Source: an uncultured delta proteobacterium (lineage in GTDB: Bacteria; Desulfobacterota; Binatia; UBA9968). From it: a stretch of DNA of 64,000 nt. Both the position numbers and the translations under genes were made by a program. Below, piece after piece: positions 10,160-19,297 of this stretch; within the stretch, counting starts at the first letter, position 1; each line of letters starts with the position of its first letter. The stretch spans positions 32,001 to 96,000 of the forward strand of contig CAVYTU010000001.1 of NCBI GenBank assembly GCA_963771465.1, written 5' to 3'. The notes beneath the pieces are model-generated. The model saw only the letters and a program-made list of their open reading frames with translations, did not search any database and was not told the origin of the DNA.

Positions 10160-10633
10160 ATGACTGACGATAAGGACACACTCGTATTAGCGGCGGAAGA
10201 ATTGGAACGACTTTGGGCCGAGCATCTCAAAGGTGAGTTCGAGACCCGAGATGTCGAGGCGACGCTGGCGACAATGGTCGAGGATGCCTACGTCAATCAC
10301 ATGCCGGTCAATACCGGCGCGCGTGGCAAGCAGGCGTTACGCGCTTTTTACCGTGATGACTTTATTCCGTCATGGCCTGAGGATGTCCAGATGACGCCGG
10401 TGAATCGCGTCGTCGGTGCGGCACAGTTGGTCGACGAGTTGCACTGCGAGTTCACCCATAGCCGGCCGATGCCGTGGTTTTTGCCGAACGTGGCTCCAAC
10501 GCACAAACGAATTTCGGTGGACTTCGTCGTGGTCGTGCAATTTCGCGGCGACAAGCTCGCCTGCGAACGGATCTATTGGGATCACGCCGGAGTGCTACGA
10601 CAAGCTGGACTTCTTAAGGACGACTTCGTGTAG
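10160..10633 (+). CDS. SnoaL-like / NTF2-fold ester cyclase family protein
   Basis: Motifs EFETRDVEATLATM, YVNHMPV, QLVDE and ERIYWD. Confidence 0.85.
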   Translation: MTDDKDTLVLAAEELERLWAEHLKGEFETRDVEATLATMVEDAYVNHMPVNTGARGKQALRAFYRDDFIPSWPEDVQMTPVNRVVGAAQLVDELHCEFTHSRPMPWFLPNVAPTHKRISVDFVVVVQFRGDKLACERIYWDHAGVLRQAGLLKDDFV

Positions 10634-10651
10634 GATTACTACCTAGAATCA

Positions 10652-11374
10652 TCATTGTGCCGGCCAGGTCGATAGCAGCCTGCCATAGTTATTAACGGAA
10701 CTCTTAACGCCAAGCATCGATAGCATGTTCCAAATCATCGCCGGATTGCTGGCGATCACCGGTACGTTGAGCGCATCTTCAACTCTCTGGAGGATCGGCA
10801 ACGGGTCCATGGTGGCGCCTTGAAAGTAGATCGCATCCGCTGGTGGATGACTTTGATAGGTCTTAACCACCAAATCGAAAAGTTGTTCGGCGGTAAGATC
10901 GACACCGGAGCCGGCTTTCCGCCCTTCGAACGCCGGTCCGAGGTAAACGGTAAAACCGATAGCGTTGAGATGATCTTTGATTACCGCATCCGATTTGGCA
11001 TCGAAGGGCGTCATCAAAAGCACGGACTTCGCGGCGAAGACTTTGAGCGCGGCGACCGCTGACGAAACCGCGGTCGCGACGGGAAGGCGAATGGCCTCGC
11101 TGACTTTCACATCGATGCCGGGATTGAACAAGCCGATGAATCCGCCGGTCAGGATCAATCCTGCGACTTCATTTCGTTTCACAAAGTCGGTCGCGATGGC
11201 AATCACCTGATCCGCTTTGCCAGCTAAATCCTGATACGATTCGCCTAACAGACCGAGGCCTTCGTGAATCAGCGAGACACCGGGCGGAAGCAGATTGTCG
11301 ACATGTTTAAAGTGCGGCCGGTTCGGCGTCGCCGGGGACAGTAAGCCGAGGCGGATATCTTGCTTGGTTGCCAT
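10652..11374 (-). CDS. Maleate isomerase / arylmalonate decarboxylase (Asp/Glu racemase fold) homolog
   Basis: Motifs SAVAALKVF, LLMTPF, ADAIYF and VPVIASNPAMIW...YGRLL. GGAG upstream of ATG 11374. Contains no Cys. Confidence 0.8.
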   Translation of the reverse strand: MATKQDIRLGLLSPATPNRPHFKHVDNLLPPGVSLIHEGLGLLGESYQDLAGKADQVIAIATDFVKRNEVAGLILTGGFIGLFNPGIDVKVSEAIRLPVATAVSSAVAALKVFAAKSVLLMTPFDAKSDAVIKDHLNAIGFTVYLGPAFEGRKAGSGVDLTAEQLFDLVVKTYQSHPPADAIYFQGATMDPLPILQRVEDALNVPVIASNPAMIWNMLSMLGVKSSVNNYGRLLSTWPAQ

Positions 11375-11540
11375 TGCTCTCTCCAATTGGAACAGCTCGG
11401 CTATAACATGAAAAAGCGTAATGGGTGAAGAGTGGCGCGATCGATCGACGCCGCTTAAGTATTCATCGCCGTATGAGATTGACCCGAAGACGTCAATCTC
11501 GCATAGTCGAAATTCACAATTCGTGAGAGCGGAGGTTCTC

Positions 11541-12539
11541 GTGCAGTTTCGTATCGCTGCGGTCGATTTGGTTAGCAACACCTGTTTCCCCGCGTTGGCG
11601 GCAGATGAGTTGGGTTTTTTCAAAAGCGAAGGATTGGATGCGCGCATCGAGCTCGTCCCCATGCTCGGTGCAACCAAGGCGTTACGCCAAGGTAGCGCCG
11701 ATGCGATGATCGCCGGCTCGGTGTTCGATATCCTCACCGAATTTCCCAACTGGAAGGGGGCAAAAATCGCCGTCACGCTGTCGCAAGGCGCGCCCTGGCT
11801 GCTGGTGGTACGAGCCAATCTCGACGCCAGGCGCGGCGATTTGAATGCTCTCAAAGGCCTGCGTATCACGGCGGCCAAAGGTCCTGACCTGGTACTCAAG
11901 CAATTGCTGAAAAGCGGCGGCTTCGAAGTCGGCCGCGATGTCGAAATCGTCGAACTGCCAGGCGCAAAGTCGCGTGACGTATCCTTTGGCGTGTTTGCTG
12001 CGCGGGCGCTGGAAGCGGGTCAGATCGACGGCTTTTGGGCCAATGCCATGGGCGGAGAGACGGCAACGACCAGCGGCGCGGGAAAAATTCTCATCGACGT
12101 GCGTCGCGGCGATGATCCGGCCGAGATTCGTTTCTGTACCTTCGCTGGCATGGCAACCACCGATAATTTTATCGCTCGCGAACCCGAGGCTATGGCTGCG
12201 GCGGTGCGCGCGATTGTCAAAGCGCAAAAGGCGTTGCGCGCCGATCCGTCACTGGCGCGCCAAGTCGGCCAACGCAAGTTTCCCAAGGACGCTGCGGAAC
12301 TAATCGCTAACGTGGTCGCCCGTGACGTGGAATTCTACGATCCGATCATCCGAGAAGAAATGGTTTCAAAAATGAACCGCTTCGCGCAAACCGTCGGGCA
12401 GCTGTCCGGACCGGTGGCCTTTGAGGACGTTGTGGCCGTGCGCTATCGGGAACTGTGGCGGCTTGTAAAGATTGTCAACCGTGTTCTGTGCGGAGAAGAA
12501 ATTTTCCTATCCGCTATCTACCAACTTGGAACTCGTTGA
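11541..12539 (+). CDS. NitT/TauT-family substrate-binding-like protein without an obvious signal peptide. True stop probably 12468.
   Basis: Motifs ELGFFKSEGLD, LKGLRI and LEAGQIDG. GGAGG before GTG 11541. Removing one base near 12461 gives a TAA at 12466-12468 and removes the overlap with the convergent gene. Confidence 0.8.
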   Translation: MQFRIAAVDLVSNTCFPALAADELGFFKSEGLDARIELVPMLGATKALRQGSADAMIAGSVFDILTEFPNWKGAKIAVTLSQGAPWLLVVRANLDARRGDLNALKGLRITAAKGPDLVLKQLLKSGGFEVGRDVEIVELPGAKSRDVSFGVFAARALEAGQIDGFWANAMGGETATTSGAGKILIDVRRGDDPAEIRFCTFAGMATTDNFIAREPEAMAAAVRAIVKAQKALRADPSLARQVGQRKFPKDAAELIANVVARDVEFYDPIIREEMVSKMNRFAQTVGQLSGPVAFEDVVAVRYRELWRLVKIVNRVLCGEEIFLSAIYQLGTR

Positions 12540-13233
12540 GTACGCTTTCGAAAGTGTCAAAATCCGCCAGCGTTCTTAACGCAGCGAAAGTCGGAAATAT
12601 CATCGGCAGCTCATTGTTGTTGAACATCTGCATCGCACGGTCTGGGGTGAGCCAAAGACTATGCGCGACTTCGTAGGAAGTCGACAGCGGTGTTTGTCCT
12701 TGGGGTAGCGCGGCAATAAAAAAGCGCGTCTCGAAACGCATGGCAACTTGCGATGGCGTTTGCCAATAGGAAAAGTGGGCTAGGCTGCCGAGATCGCAGC
12801 TGAGCTGTTCGCTTTCGAGCAATTCGACAAAGGTGAGCGATTTCTTCAGCAGCGCTGCGTGTTTTTTTGCCAACTGGACCGAGCGGTTGGTATCGAGGGT
12901 TAACGGCGCACCGGATCGTTCCGCGGCCAGCAGCACGCCAACTTCTTCAAAAACTTCTCTGACGCCGGCGATCCAAAAACCCATCGCTTCAACCGGCCTG
13001 TAATGGGCGCCGAGAATTTTCCGCGCCTGCTTCGCTGTCAGGCCGGTAGAGCGTTCGATCATGCGCGCGGCGAAATCGTCTTTCGTGACCGTGCCGCCGG
13101 GATAGCAGTACATTCCGCCTAAAAAGGGCATGCCGTCGGGACGGCGCGTCAGGAAAACTTCAAAGCCGCGACCTTCCGCGGGTCGAAGTAGGATAACCGT
13201 CGCCGCTTGTTTAGGTTTACGAGTTTCAGTCAT
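12514..13233 (-). CDS. NUDIX hydrolase (NUDT19-like)
   Basis: Motifs AATVILLR, YPGG, GVREVFEEVG, WQTP...RFETRFF and IFPT. Confidence 0.88.
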   Translation of the reverse strand: MTETRKPKQAATVILLRPAEGRGFEVFLTRRPDGMPFLGGMYCYPGGTVTKDDFAARMIERSTGLTAKQARKILGAHYRPVEAMGFWIAGVREVFEEVGVLLAAERSGAPLTLDTNRSVQLAKKHAALLKKSLTFVELLESEQLSCDLGSLAHFSYWQTPSQVAMRFETRFFIAALPQGQTPLSTSYEVAHSLWLTPDRAMQMFNNNELPMIFPTFAALRTLADFDTFESVLNEFQVGR

Positions 13234-13994
13234 CGAACGTGCAAGATGATTTCGGAATCGAAAGCATTTCTGCAGGGCGCGCCGAGACAGTGAAAGGTTT
13301 CGAATTGCGAGCGCGCCTGCGAGAGAAATATTACGCTCGATGAAACCGTCCCGGAAGTTTCCCGATGCACGCAGATGGCGTCGCCGGGATTATCCGAGCC
13401 GTCGCCCAGCGAATGATCGCTGAGAATAGATTGCAACGCCGCCAGCCATTGCTTGGGTTGCGTATCATTCTCGCTCAAGGGATTCATCAAGCTGGCGAAG
13501 CGCTCGTGGGCGCGCTTGGCTTTGGCCGAATTGAGGTCAAAGTCCGCCGCGCTGCTGAAAACATGCAAGCCGGGTTGTAAAACTTGCGTGATTATCTTCG
13601 GGTCATCGTTGTAGGCGATATAAGCGTTGTGCTTGTCGGCGAAAACGATGGTGAAGGGATTGTATCGATATCGGTCCGCATCGATGCGCTGGCGGGCTGC
13701 GTTGGCTGACTCCAATTGCAACAGTTCCATGCACAGCGCGCCGCGTGAACGCGCCACGGTTGCCGGCAGCGCATCGCCGTTGATGCGCCGGTTGAGAATG
13801 CCAACCATGACGCCCGCGTCGTTCACGCCGAGCCATGTGCCGCCGGCGCGCAGATCTTTGCCGGCGATGATTTTGGGTTCATCGTCCATTAGCACCGGCG
13901 GCGCCGATGGCCGGTCAAAATGTTCATCCCGGTTAGCCGCGACCACCATCGGGTACGCGTCGAAGCAACGAAAGTAAAGCGCCAACGTACACAC
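13230..13994 (-). CDS. NRDE/TANGO2 family protein
   Basis: GTG start gives MCTL (Ntn-type Cys2). Motifs AANRDE, DLRAGGTWLG, SRG and GTVSSS. Confidence 0.9.
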   Translation of the reverse strand: MCTLALYFRCFDAYPMVVAANRDEHFDRPSAPPVLMDDEPKIIAGKDLRAGGTWLGVNDAGVMVGILNRRINGDALPATVARSRGALCMELLQLESANAARQRIDADRYRYNPFTIVFADKHNAYIAYNDDPKIITQVLQPGLHVFSSAADFDLNSAKAKRAHERFASLMNPLSENDTQPKQWLAALQSILSDHSLGDGSDNPGDAICVHRETSGTVSSSVIFLSQARSQFETFHCLGAPCRNAFDSEIILHVR

Positions 13995-14105
13995 AACGTC
14001 TTCCATTACAGAATGCTTGCAGTTTCCGCAATCGCTCCGCCCCACCCGTTATTTGTTGTTGCGAAATGATTATGTTAGCCTCGCAGAAAATCGGAAAGGA
14101 CAACT

Positions 14106-15065
14106 ATGTTTCAATCGGTCGACGAAGTGATCTCAGGCTTGGCCAAGGAGAAGTATCTGTGCAACAAAAACGTCGCCACGGTGGTGTATCTGGGCACGTC
14201 GTTGGAAAAACCGCTGCTGGTCGAAGGTCCGGCGGGGGTAGGGAAGACCGAGTTGGGAAAAGTTCTCGCCGATTCGCTGGGCTTGGAGTTGATTCGCTTG
14301 CAATGTTACGAGGGGCTCGACGAGGCCAAGGCTTTATACGAATGGGAGTACGCCAAGCAACTGCTCTACACGCAAATCCTCAAAGATAAGATCGGCGAGA
14401 TACTCCAAGGTGCCAAGACGCTCCAAGAAGCGGTCGACCACGTCGCCAATCAGGACGGCGTGTTTTTCTCGGATCGGTTTCTTTTGCCGCGTCCGTTACT
14501 GCGCGCGCTGCTGTCAGAAAAGCGCGTGGTTTTGTTAATTGACGAAATCGATAAGTCCGACGCCGAATTTGAAGCCTTCTTGCTCGAAATTTTGAGCGAC
14601 TTCCAGATCACCGTGCCCGAGATCGGCACGCTCAAGGCCAAGCATATTCCGTTGGTCGTGCTCACCAGCAATAACAGCCGGGAAATGTCCGATGCGCTCA
14701 AGCGCCGCTGCCTTCATCTCTATTTGGATTTTCCCGATCCCGAACGGGAGAAGGAAATTATCAAGCTCAAAGTCCCCGGCGTCGGCAATAAGTTGGCCGA
14801 CGAAGTCGTGCGTTTGCTGCACCGGCTACGCAAGCTCGATCTAAAAAAGACCCCGAGCATCAGCGAAACGCTCGACTGGGTGCGCGCCCTGACGCTGCTC
14901 AACATCAAAGAGCTGGATAATGAATTGGTCGAGCAGACCCTGTCGACACTCATGAAGTACGAAGCCGACGTTCGTAAAGCTCATCAAGAGCTCAAAGCCT
15001 TCCTCGCCGAAAAGCAGGCGCAGCAGCCAAGCGCCGGCGGCAGCGAAAAGGATCACTTGCACTAA
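14106..15065 (+). CDS. MoxR-family AAA+ ATPase (CoxD-like)
   Basis: Motifs EGPAGVGKTE, RLQCYEGLD, LYEWEY, LIDEIDK, SDALKRRC and KTPSISETLDW. Confidence 0.92.
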   Translation: MFQSVDEVISGLAKEKYLCNKNVATVVYLGTSLEKPLLVEGPAGVGKTELGKVLADSLGLELIRLQCYEGLDEAKALYEWEYAKQLLYTQILKDKIGEILQGAKTLQEAVDHVANQDGVFFSDRFLLPRPLLRALLSEKRVVLLIDEIDKSDAEFEAFLLEILSDFQITVPEIGTLKAKHIPLVVLTSNNSREMSDALKRRCLHLYLDFPDPEREKEIIKLKVPGVGNKLADEVVRLLHRLRKLDLKKTPSISETLDWVRALTLLNIKELDNELVEQTLSTLMKYEADVRKAHQELKAFLAEKQAQQPSAGGSEKDHLH

Positions 15066-15077
15066 GGTTTTTCACCA

Positions 15078-16485
15078 ATGGAAGCGCGCGTTATCGAATT
15101 CGCCAACGTGCTCCGCCGTAATGGCATCCGTGTTTCGTTGTCGGAAAACATGGATGCCTTTCGCGCGCTTGGGCTGCTCGGCATCGCCGATCCGCTGCTG
15201 TTTCGCAACGCTTTGCGCGCGACCCTGGTGAAACGCACCGGCGACGTGAAACCCTTCGAAGAACTCTTCGATTATTTCTTTCTCGGTATCGGCCAAGCGC
15301 TCGACGCGCTCGACCGCAAGATCATGGACGAGCTCGGTCTCACGCCGGAGCAATTTCAGGAGATGCTCGAACAGATCCAAAAGCTGCTGAAAGAGATGGA
15401 AGGGGACTTATCCGAGCTCACCAAAGCGCTCTTACAAAACAATCGCGGCGAGCTCGAGCGTTTGCTGCGCCAGGCGATGGAGCAGGAGATGCAAAACGGC
15501 ACGCCGGAAAGCCTGCGCCATACGCCGTACACGCGCATGATGATGCGCGCTCCAGCTCGACCGGGTGCAAAGCGAGATCGAACGCTTCAAGGGTATGTTG
15601 CAGATGCTCGGCGAGACCGGCGAAGATTTGCAAAACGTCATGCGCTATCTGGATGAACGTATGCGCGATCTGAACCGGCTGTTGCGCGAGATCATCCAGC
15701 AGGAGCAGCGCAAACAAGGCGCCGAACCGCGCGACTACAGCCAGCGCAGCGCGTTGGCCGACAAGAGCTTTTCGTTTTACACCGAAGACGATATCCGGCG
15801 CATGAACGATGCCGTCGCGCGCTTGGCCCAGCGGCTAAAGAATCGCCTGTCGGTACGGCGCAAGAAAGCCGCGCGCGGCCGTTTCAACGTCAAAGAGACG
15901 CTGCGTAAAAACTTACAATACGGCGGCGTACCTTTCGACATTCAGCTCGACCGGCGCAAGAAGACCAAGCCGCAGGTGATGGTGCTATGCGATATTTCCG
16001 ACTCGGTGTTGAACGCATCGCGCTTTATGTTGCAGTTCGTTTACTCGGTGCAGGATCTCTATTCCAAAGTCCGTAGCTTCGTCTTCGTCGCCGATATCGG
16101 CGAGGTGACAAAATTGTTCGAAGAACACGAGATCTCGACGGCGGTGGAGAAGGCGCTCAAAGGCGATGTGATCGATGTTTTTTCCCATTCCAACTTTGGC
16201 CGCGCCTTCGAACAGTTTCATCGAAACTTTTTTCCGGCTATCACGACAAAAACCACCGTGCTGATCATCGGCGACGGTAGAAATAATTACAACCGGCCCA
16301 GCGACTGGGTGCTGCGCGAGATCAAGCGAAAAGCCAAACAGCTGATCTGGCTTAACCCGGAAAGCCGCATGACTTGGGGCATCGGCGACAGCGAGATGCC
16401 GCGCTATGCGCCGCATTGCCATATCGCCGAGGAATGCCGCAGCATCAATCAGCTCTACAAGATCGTCGATTTGATCGCGCCGTGA
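15078..16485 (+). CDS. CoxE-like VWA-domain protein, split by a +1 frameshift near 15548
   Basis: N-terminus FANVLRRNGIRVS in one frame. MIDAS DISDS, GDGRNNY and WLNPE...WGIGDSEM are in the other frame. Removing one base in ATGCGCGCTCCAG joins ...RMMMR-LQLDRVQSE. Confidence 0.85.
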
Positions 16486-16490
16486 CCGTC

Positions 16491-17858
16491 ATGGCAAAGA
16501 AACTCTTCATCCAAACCTACGGCTGCCAGATGAACCAGTACGATTCCGAGCGCATCGCTCAGGTGATGACCCGGAGCGGCTATGTTCAGACCGAGCGCAT
16601 CGATGCGGCGGATTTGATTTTGCTCAACACGTGCAGCGTCCGCGATAAGGCTGAACAAAAAGTATACAGCGCGCTTGGCAACTGGAAGGAATTCAAAGAC
16701 CATCGCGATGGTGTGATCATCGGTGTCGGCGGCTGCGTCGCGCAGCAGGAAGGCGAAAACCTTTTAAAACGCGTCCCCCATCTGGATATCGTGTTCGGCA
16801 CCCATAACATTCATAAGTTGCCTGAGTTGGTCGAACAGGTTGAATCCGAGCGCGCCCGGCCGGTTGAAGTGACTTTTTACCGCGACCCGGCATACATGGA
16901 AGATGTCGATGGCAGAACGCAAGTCCATGGGGCGAAAGCCTATGTGACGATCATGCAGGGCTGCAACAAAGTCTGTAGCTTTTGCATCGTGCCCCATGTG
17001 CGCGGCCGCGAGGTCAGCCGTCCGAGCGCAAAAATTATCGCCGAGATCGAATCGTTGGTCGCCCAAGGCGTCAAAGAAGTGATGCTCTTGGGCCAGAACG
17101 TCAACTCCTACGGCAAGCTTACCCCAGGTGAATGGAGCTTCGCCGAGCTTTTGCGCCGCGTCGACGCGATCGACGGTTTAGAGCGCATTCGCTTCACGAC
17201 GTCGCATCCACAAGATTTGTCATCGGAGTTGATCGAGGCTTTCGCCAACTGCGCGCATTTATGCGAACATCTCCATTTACCGGTTCAATCAGGCTCAGAC
17301 AGCGTCCTCGCGCGCATGCGCCGCGGCTACACGCGGCAGGAATATTTGGACCGTCTCATGCGCTTGCGCGATCGCTGTCCACAAGTCGTGTTCAGCACCG
17401 ATATTATCGTCGGCTTTCCAAGAGAAACCGACGCCGAATTCGCACAGACTCTAGAATTGCTAGAGTCAGTCAAGTATGATGAAATCTACTCGTTCATGTA
17501 TTCACCTCGGCCACAGACAGTCGCAGCGAAACTCTTTGACGACGACGTTCCCAAGGGCGTTAAAAAAGAACGTCTAACGAAAGTGCAAACGTTGCAGCGG
17601 GAAATATCGCTGGGAAAGAATCGCCAGCGTATCGGTGAGCGCGAGGAAATATTCTTCGACGGCCCCTCGAAGCTTAAAAACGGACAATTGATGGGACGCA
17701 CGCGCACGAATCGAATTGTCAATGTTGCGGCACCAGCGAGTCTCATCGGACAGATTGTTCCAGTGAGAATCACCAGCGCCACTGCTAACTCGTTGCTCGG
17801 TGAAGTGTTGTGGGATAAGTCTGGGGCGGACTCGCAGTTGGAAGGGAACAGGCTATGA
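16491..17858 (+). CDS. miaB: tRNA-i6A37 methylthiotransferase MiaB
   Basis: TYGCQMN, NTCSVR, GGCVAQ, radical-SAM CNKVCSFC, LLGQNVNSY, RFTTSHP and a C-terminal TRAM domain. Confidence 0.95.
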   Translation: MAKKLFIQTYGCQMNQYDSERIAQVMTRSGYVQTERIDAADLILLNTCSVRDKAEQKVYSALGNWKEFKDHRDGVIIGVGGCVAQQEGENLLKRVPHLDIVFGTHNIHKLPELVEQVESERARPVEVTFYRDPAYMEDVDGRTQVHGAKAYVTIMQGCNKVCSFCIVPHVRGREVSRPSAKIIAEIESLVAQGVKEVMLLGQNVNSYGKLTPGEWSFAELLRRVDAIDGLERIRFTTSHPQDLSSELIEAFANCAHLCEHLHLPVQSGSDSVLARMRRGYTRQEYLDRLMRLRDRCPQVVFSTDIIVGFPRETDAEFAQTLELLESVKYDEIYSFMYSPRPQTVAAKLFDDDVPKGVKKERLTKVQTLQREISLGKNRQRIGEREEIFFDGPSKLKNGQLMGRTRTNRIVNVAAPASLIGQIVPVRITSATANSLLGEVLWDKSGADSQLEGNRL

Positions 17859-18382
17859 GCAAAAAGGAAGACACCATCGAGATGTCGGTTGGCGGATTAA
17901 CCTTGGATCCAGTGACCAAAACCCCGATTGTGATTTTGAAAGATACCGAGAACAAGCTCAATTTGCCGATCTGGATCGGCTTGCTCGAAGCGACCGCGAT
18001 GGCGACCGAGATCGAAGGCATAAAGATGGCTCGGCCGATGACTCACGACCTGCTCAAAACCATCTTGGGCGAATTCGGCTGCGCCGTCGAATCGGTGGAG
18101 ATAACCGAGCTCAAAGAAAACACTTATTATGCGTCGGTCAATTTGAGCGTCGCCGGCCGCCAAGTCATGATCGATTCGCGGCCGAGCGATGCGATCGCTC
18201 TGGCGCTGCGGACCAAGAGTCCGATTTACGTCGCTAAAGCTGTCCTTGAGGCATCGAGCGTATTGCAGCAAAGCGATGAAGGTAAAGAACCGCCGGTAGA
18301 AAACATTTCCAATGTATCCCAAGAAAAATGGTCCGAGATTCTCGAAAAAATGGGCCCGGGCGATTTTAAGTATAAGCAATAG
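17855..18382 (+). CDS. Bifunctional nuclease family protein (DUF151)
   Basis: Motifs LPIWIG, RPMTHDL and IDSRPSDAIALA. Confidence 0.92.
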   Translation: MSKKEDTIEMSVGGLTLDPVTKTPIVILKDTENKLNLPIWIGLLEATAMATEIEGIKMARPMTHDLLKTILGEFGCAVESVEITELKENTYYASVNLSVAGRQVMIDSRPSDAIALALRTKSPIYVAKAVLEASSVLQQSDEGKEPPVENISNVSQEKWSEILEKMGPGDFKYKQ

Positions 18383-18466
18383 CCTAGAATCGTACCGCCG
18401 GTCTAGCCGACTTTCATGGCGAACCTTTCCGCGCACCCTGAAAAGTATTTCACGACGCAAGGGAAC

Positions 18467-19151
18467 ATGGCTACTGCAAGCAAAAGAATATCTAGAAAAG
18501 AACTGCGCCAACCGGATTCGTTTCAACTTGGCACAGAAAAAGCGCTTGAATTCTATAAAGGTCATCAAGCGCTAGTGATTCAGCGGTATCGCTGCGTTGA
18601 TTGTTATCCTGTTGGCGATCTGGGGTTGGCAAGTCTACAAGGACAATCAGAACGTCACCGCATCTATTGAGTTCAATAAAGCGTTGGTAGCCTACCAAGA
18701 AAACAAATATCCCGAAGCGCTTGCCGCTTTTGAAAAAGTTCAAACTTACCGATGGTCGCGTTATGCGAGTTTATCGCACTTGTACCAGGCGAATATCTAT
18801 TTGGCGACCAACGATCTCGACAAAGCGCTCAATTCGGGTCAGCGAGCCGTGACGGCGACCAAACCAAATACGATGTTTCGCCAACTCGCACTGATGGCGT
18901 TGGCAGCCGCCGAAGAGCGCAAGAATCAATGTAAGACTGCGATCGAGCATTTCAACGAAGCACAAAAGATCGCAGGACCATTACAAAGCAGCGCGATATT
19001 GGGCAAAGCTCGATGCGCGGAGCAAATTGGCGACAAAGCCGCAGCGATCGCTGCGTACAAGGACTACGTGAAAGAGAATCCCGGTTCGCCAATGGGGCTC
19101 AAGCTTACTGAGTTGGAATCGGCCAGCGTGGCTCAGCCAGCGGCTAAGTGA
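18467..19151 (+). CDS. YfgM-like membrane-anchored TPR protein, split by a +1 frameshift near 18580
   Basis: MATASKRISRKELRQPDSF N-terminus. Removing one T in GTGATTCAGC gives VISGIAALIVILLAIWGW (TM) followed by TPR-like helices. Confidence 0.8.
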
Positions 19152-19171
19152 TTCCAAGGCATCATGAGGTT

Positions 19172-19199
19172 ACGTCTGATAAGAAATATTATGTAAACT
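19172..19199. other. dif site (XerC/XerD recombination site)
   Basis: ACGTCTGATAA-GAAATA-TTATGTAAACT has the 11-6-11 layout, with a right arm matching the XerD-arm consensus TTATGT(T/A)AA(A/C)T. It is intergenic, at the point where gene orientation flips. Confidence 0.85.
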
Positions 19200-19297
19200 A
19201 AAAGATATACCGTGTAATTCACTCCATCAACATCCCCTCAATAATATCCGAAGCGCCCTTCTCCTCATCTCCGCGACCGTAACGGAATCACTTAACG

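Noticed and set aside
11375-11899. 175-aa N-terminal extension of the racemase-fold ORF
   Set aside because: It overlaps the divergent binding-protein gene. The RBS and homology point to a start at 11374.
14106-16485. CO dehydrogenase locus
   Set aside because: Only the generic MoxR/VWA chaperone pair is present, with no coxLMS.
17410-17430. MiaB GFPRET instead of GFPGET
   Set aside because: A single substitution that could be an error or a tolerated variant. All Fe-S motifs are intact.
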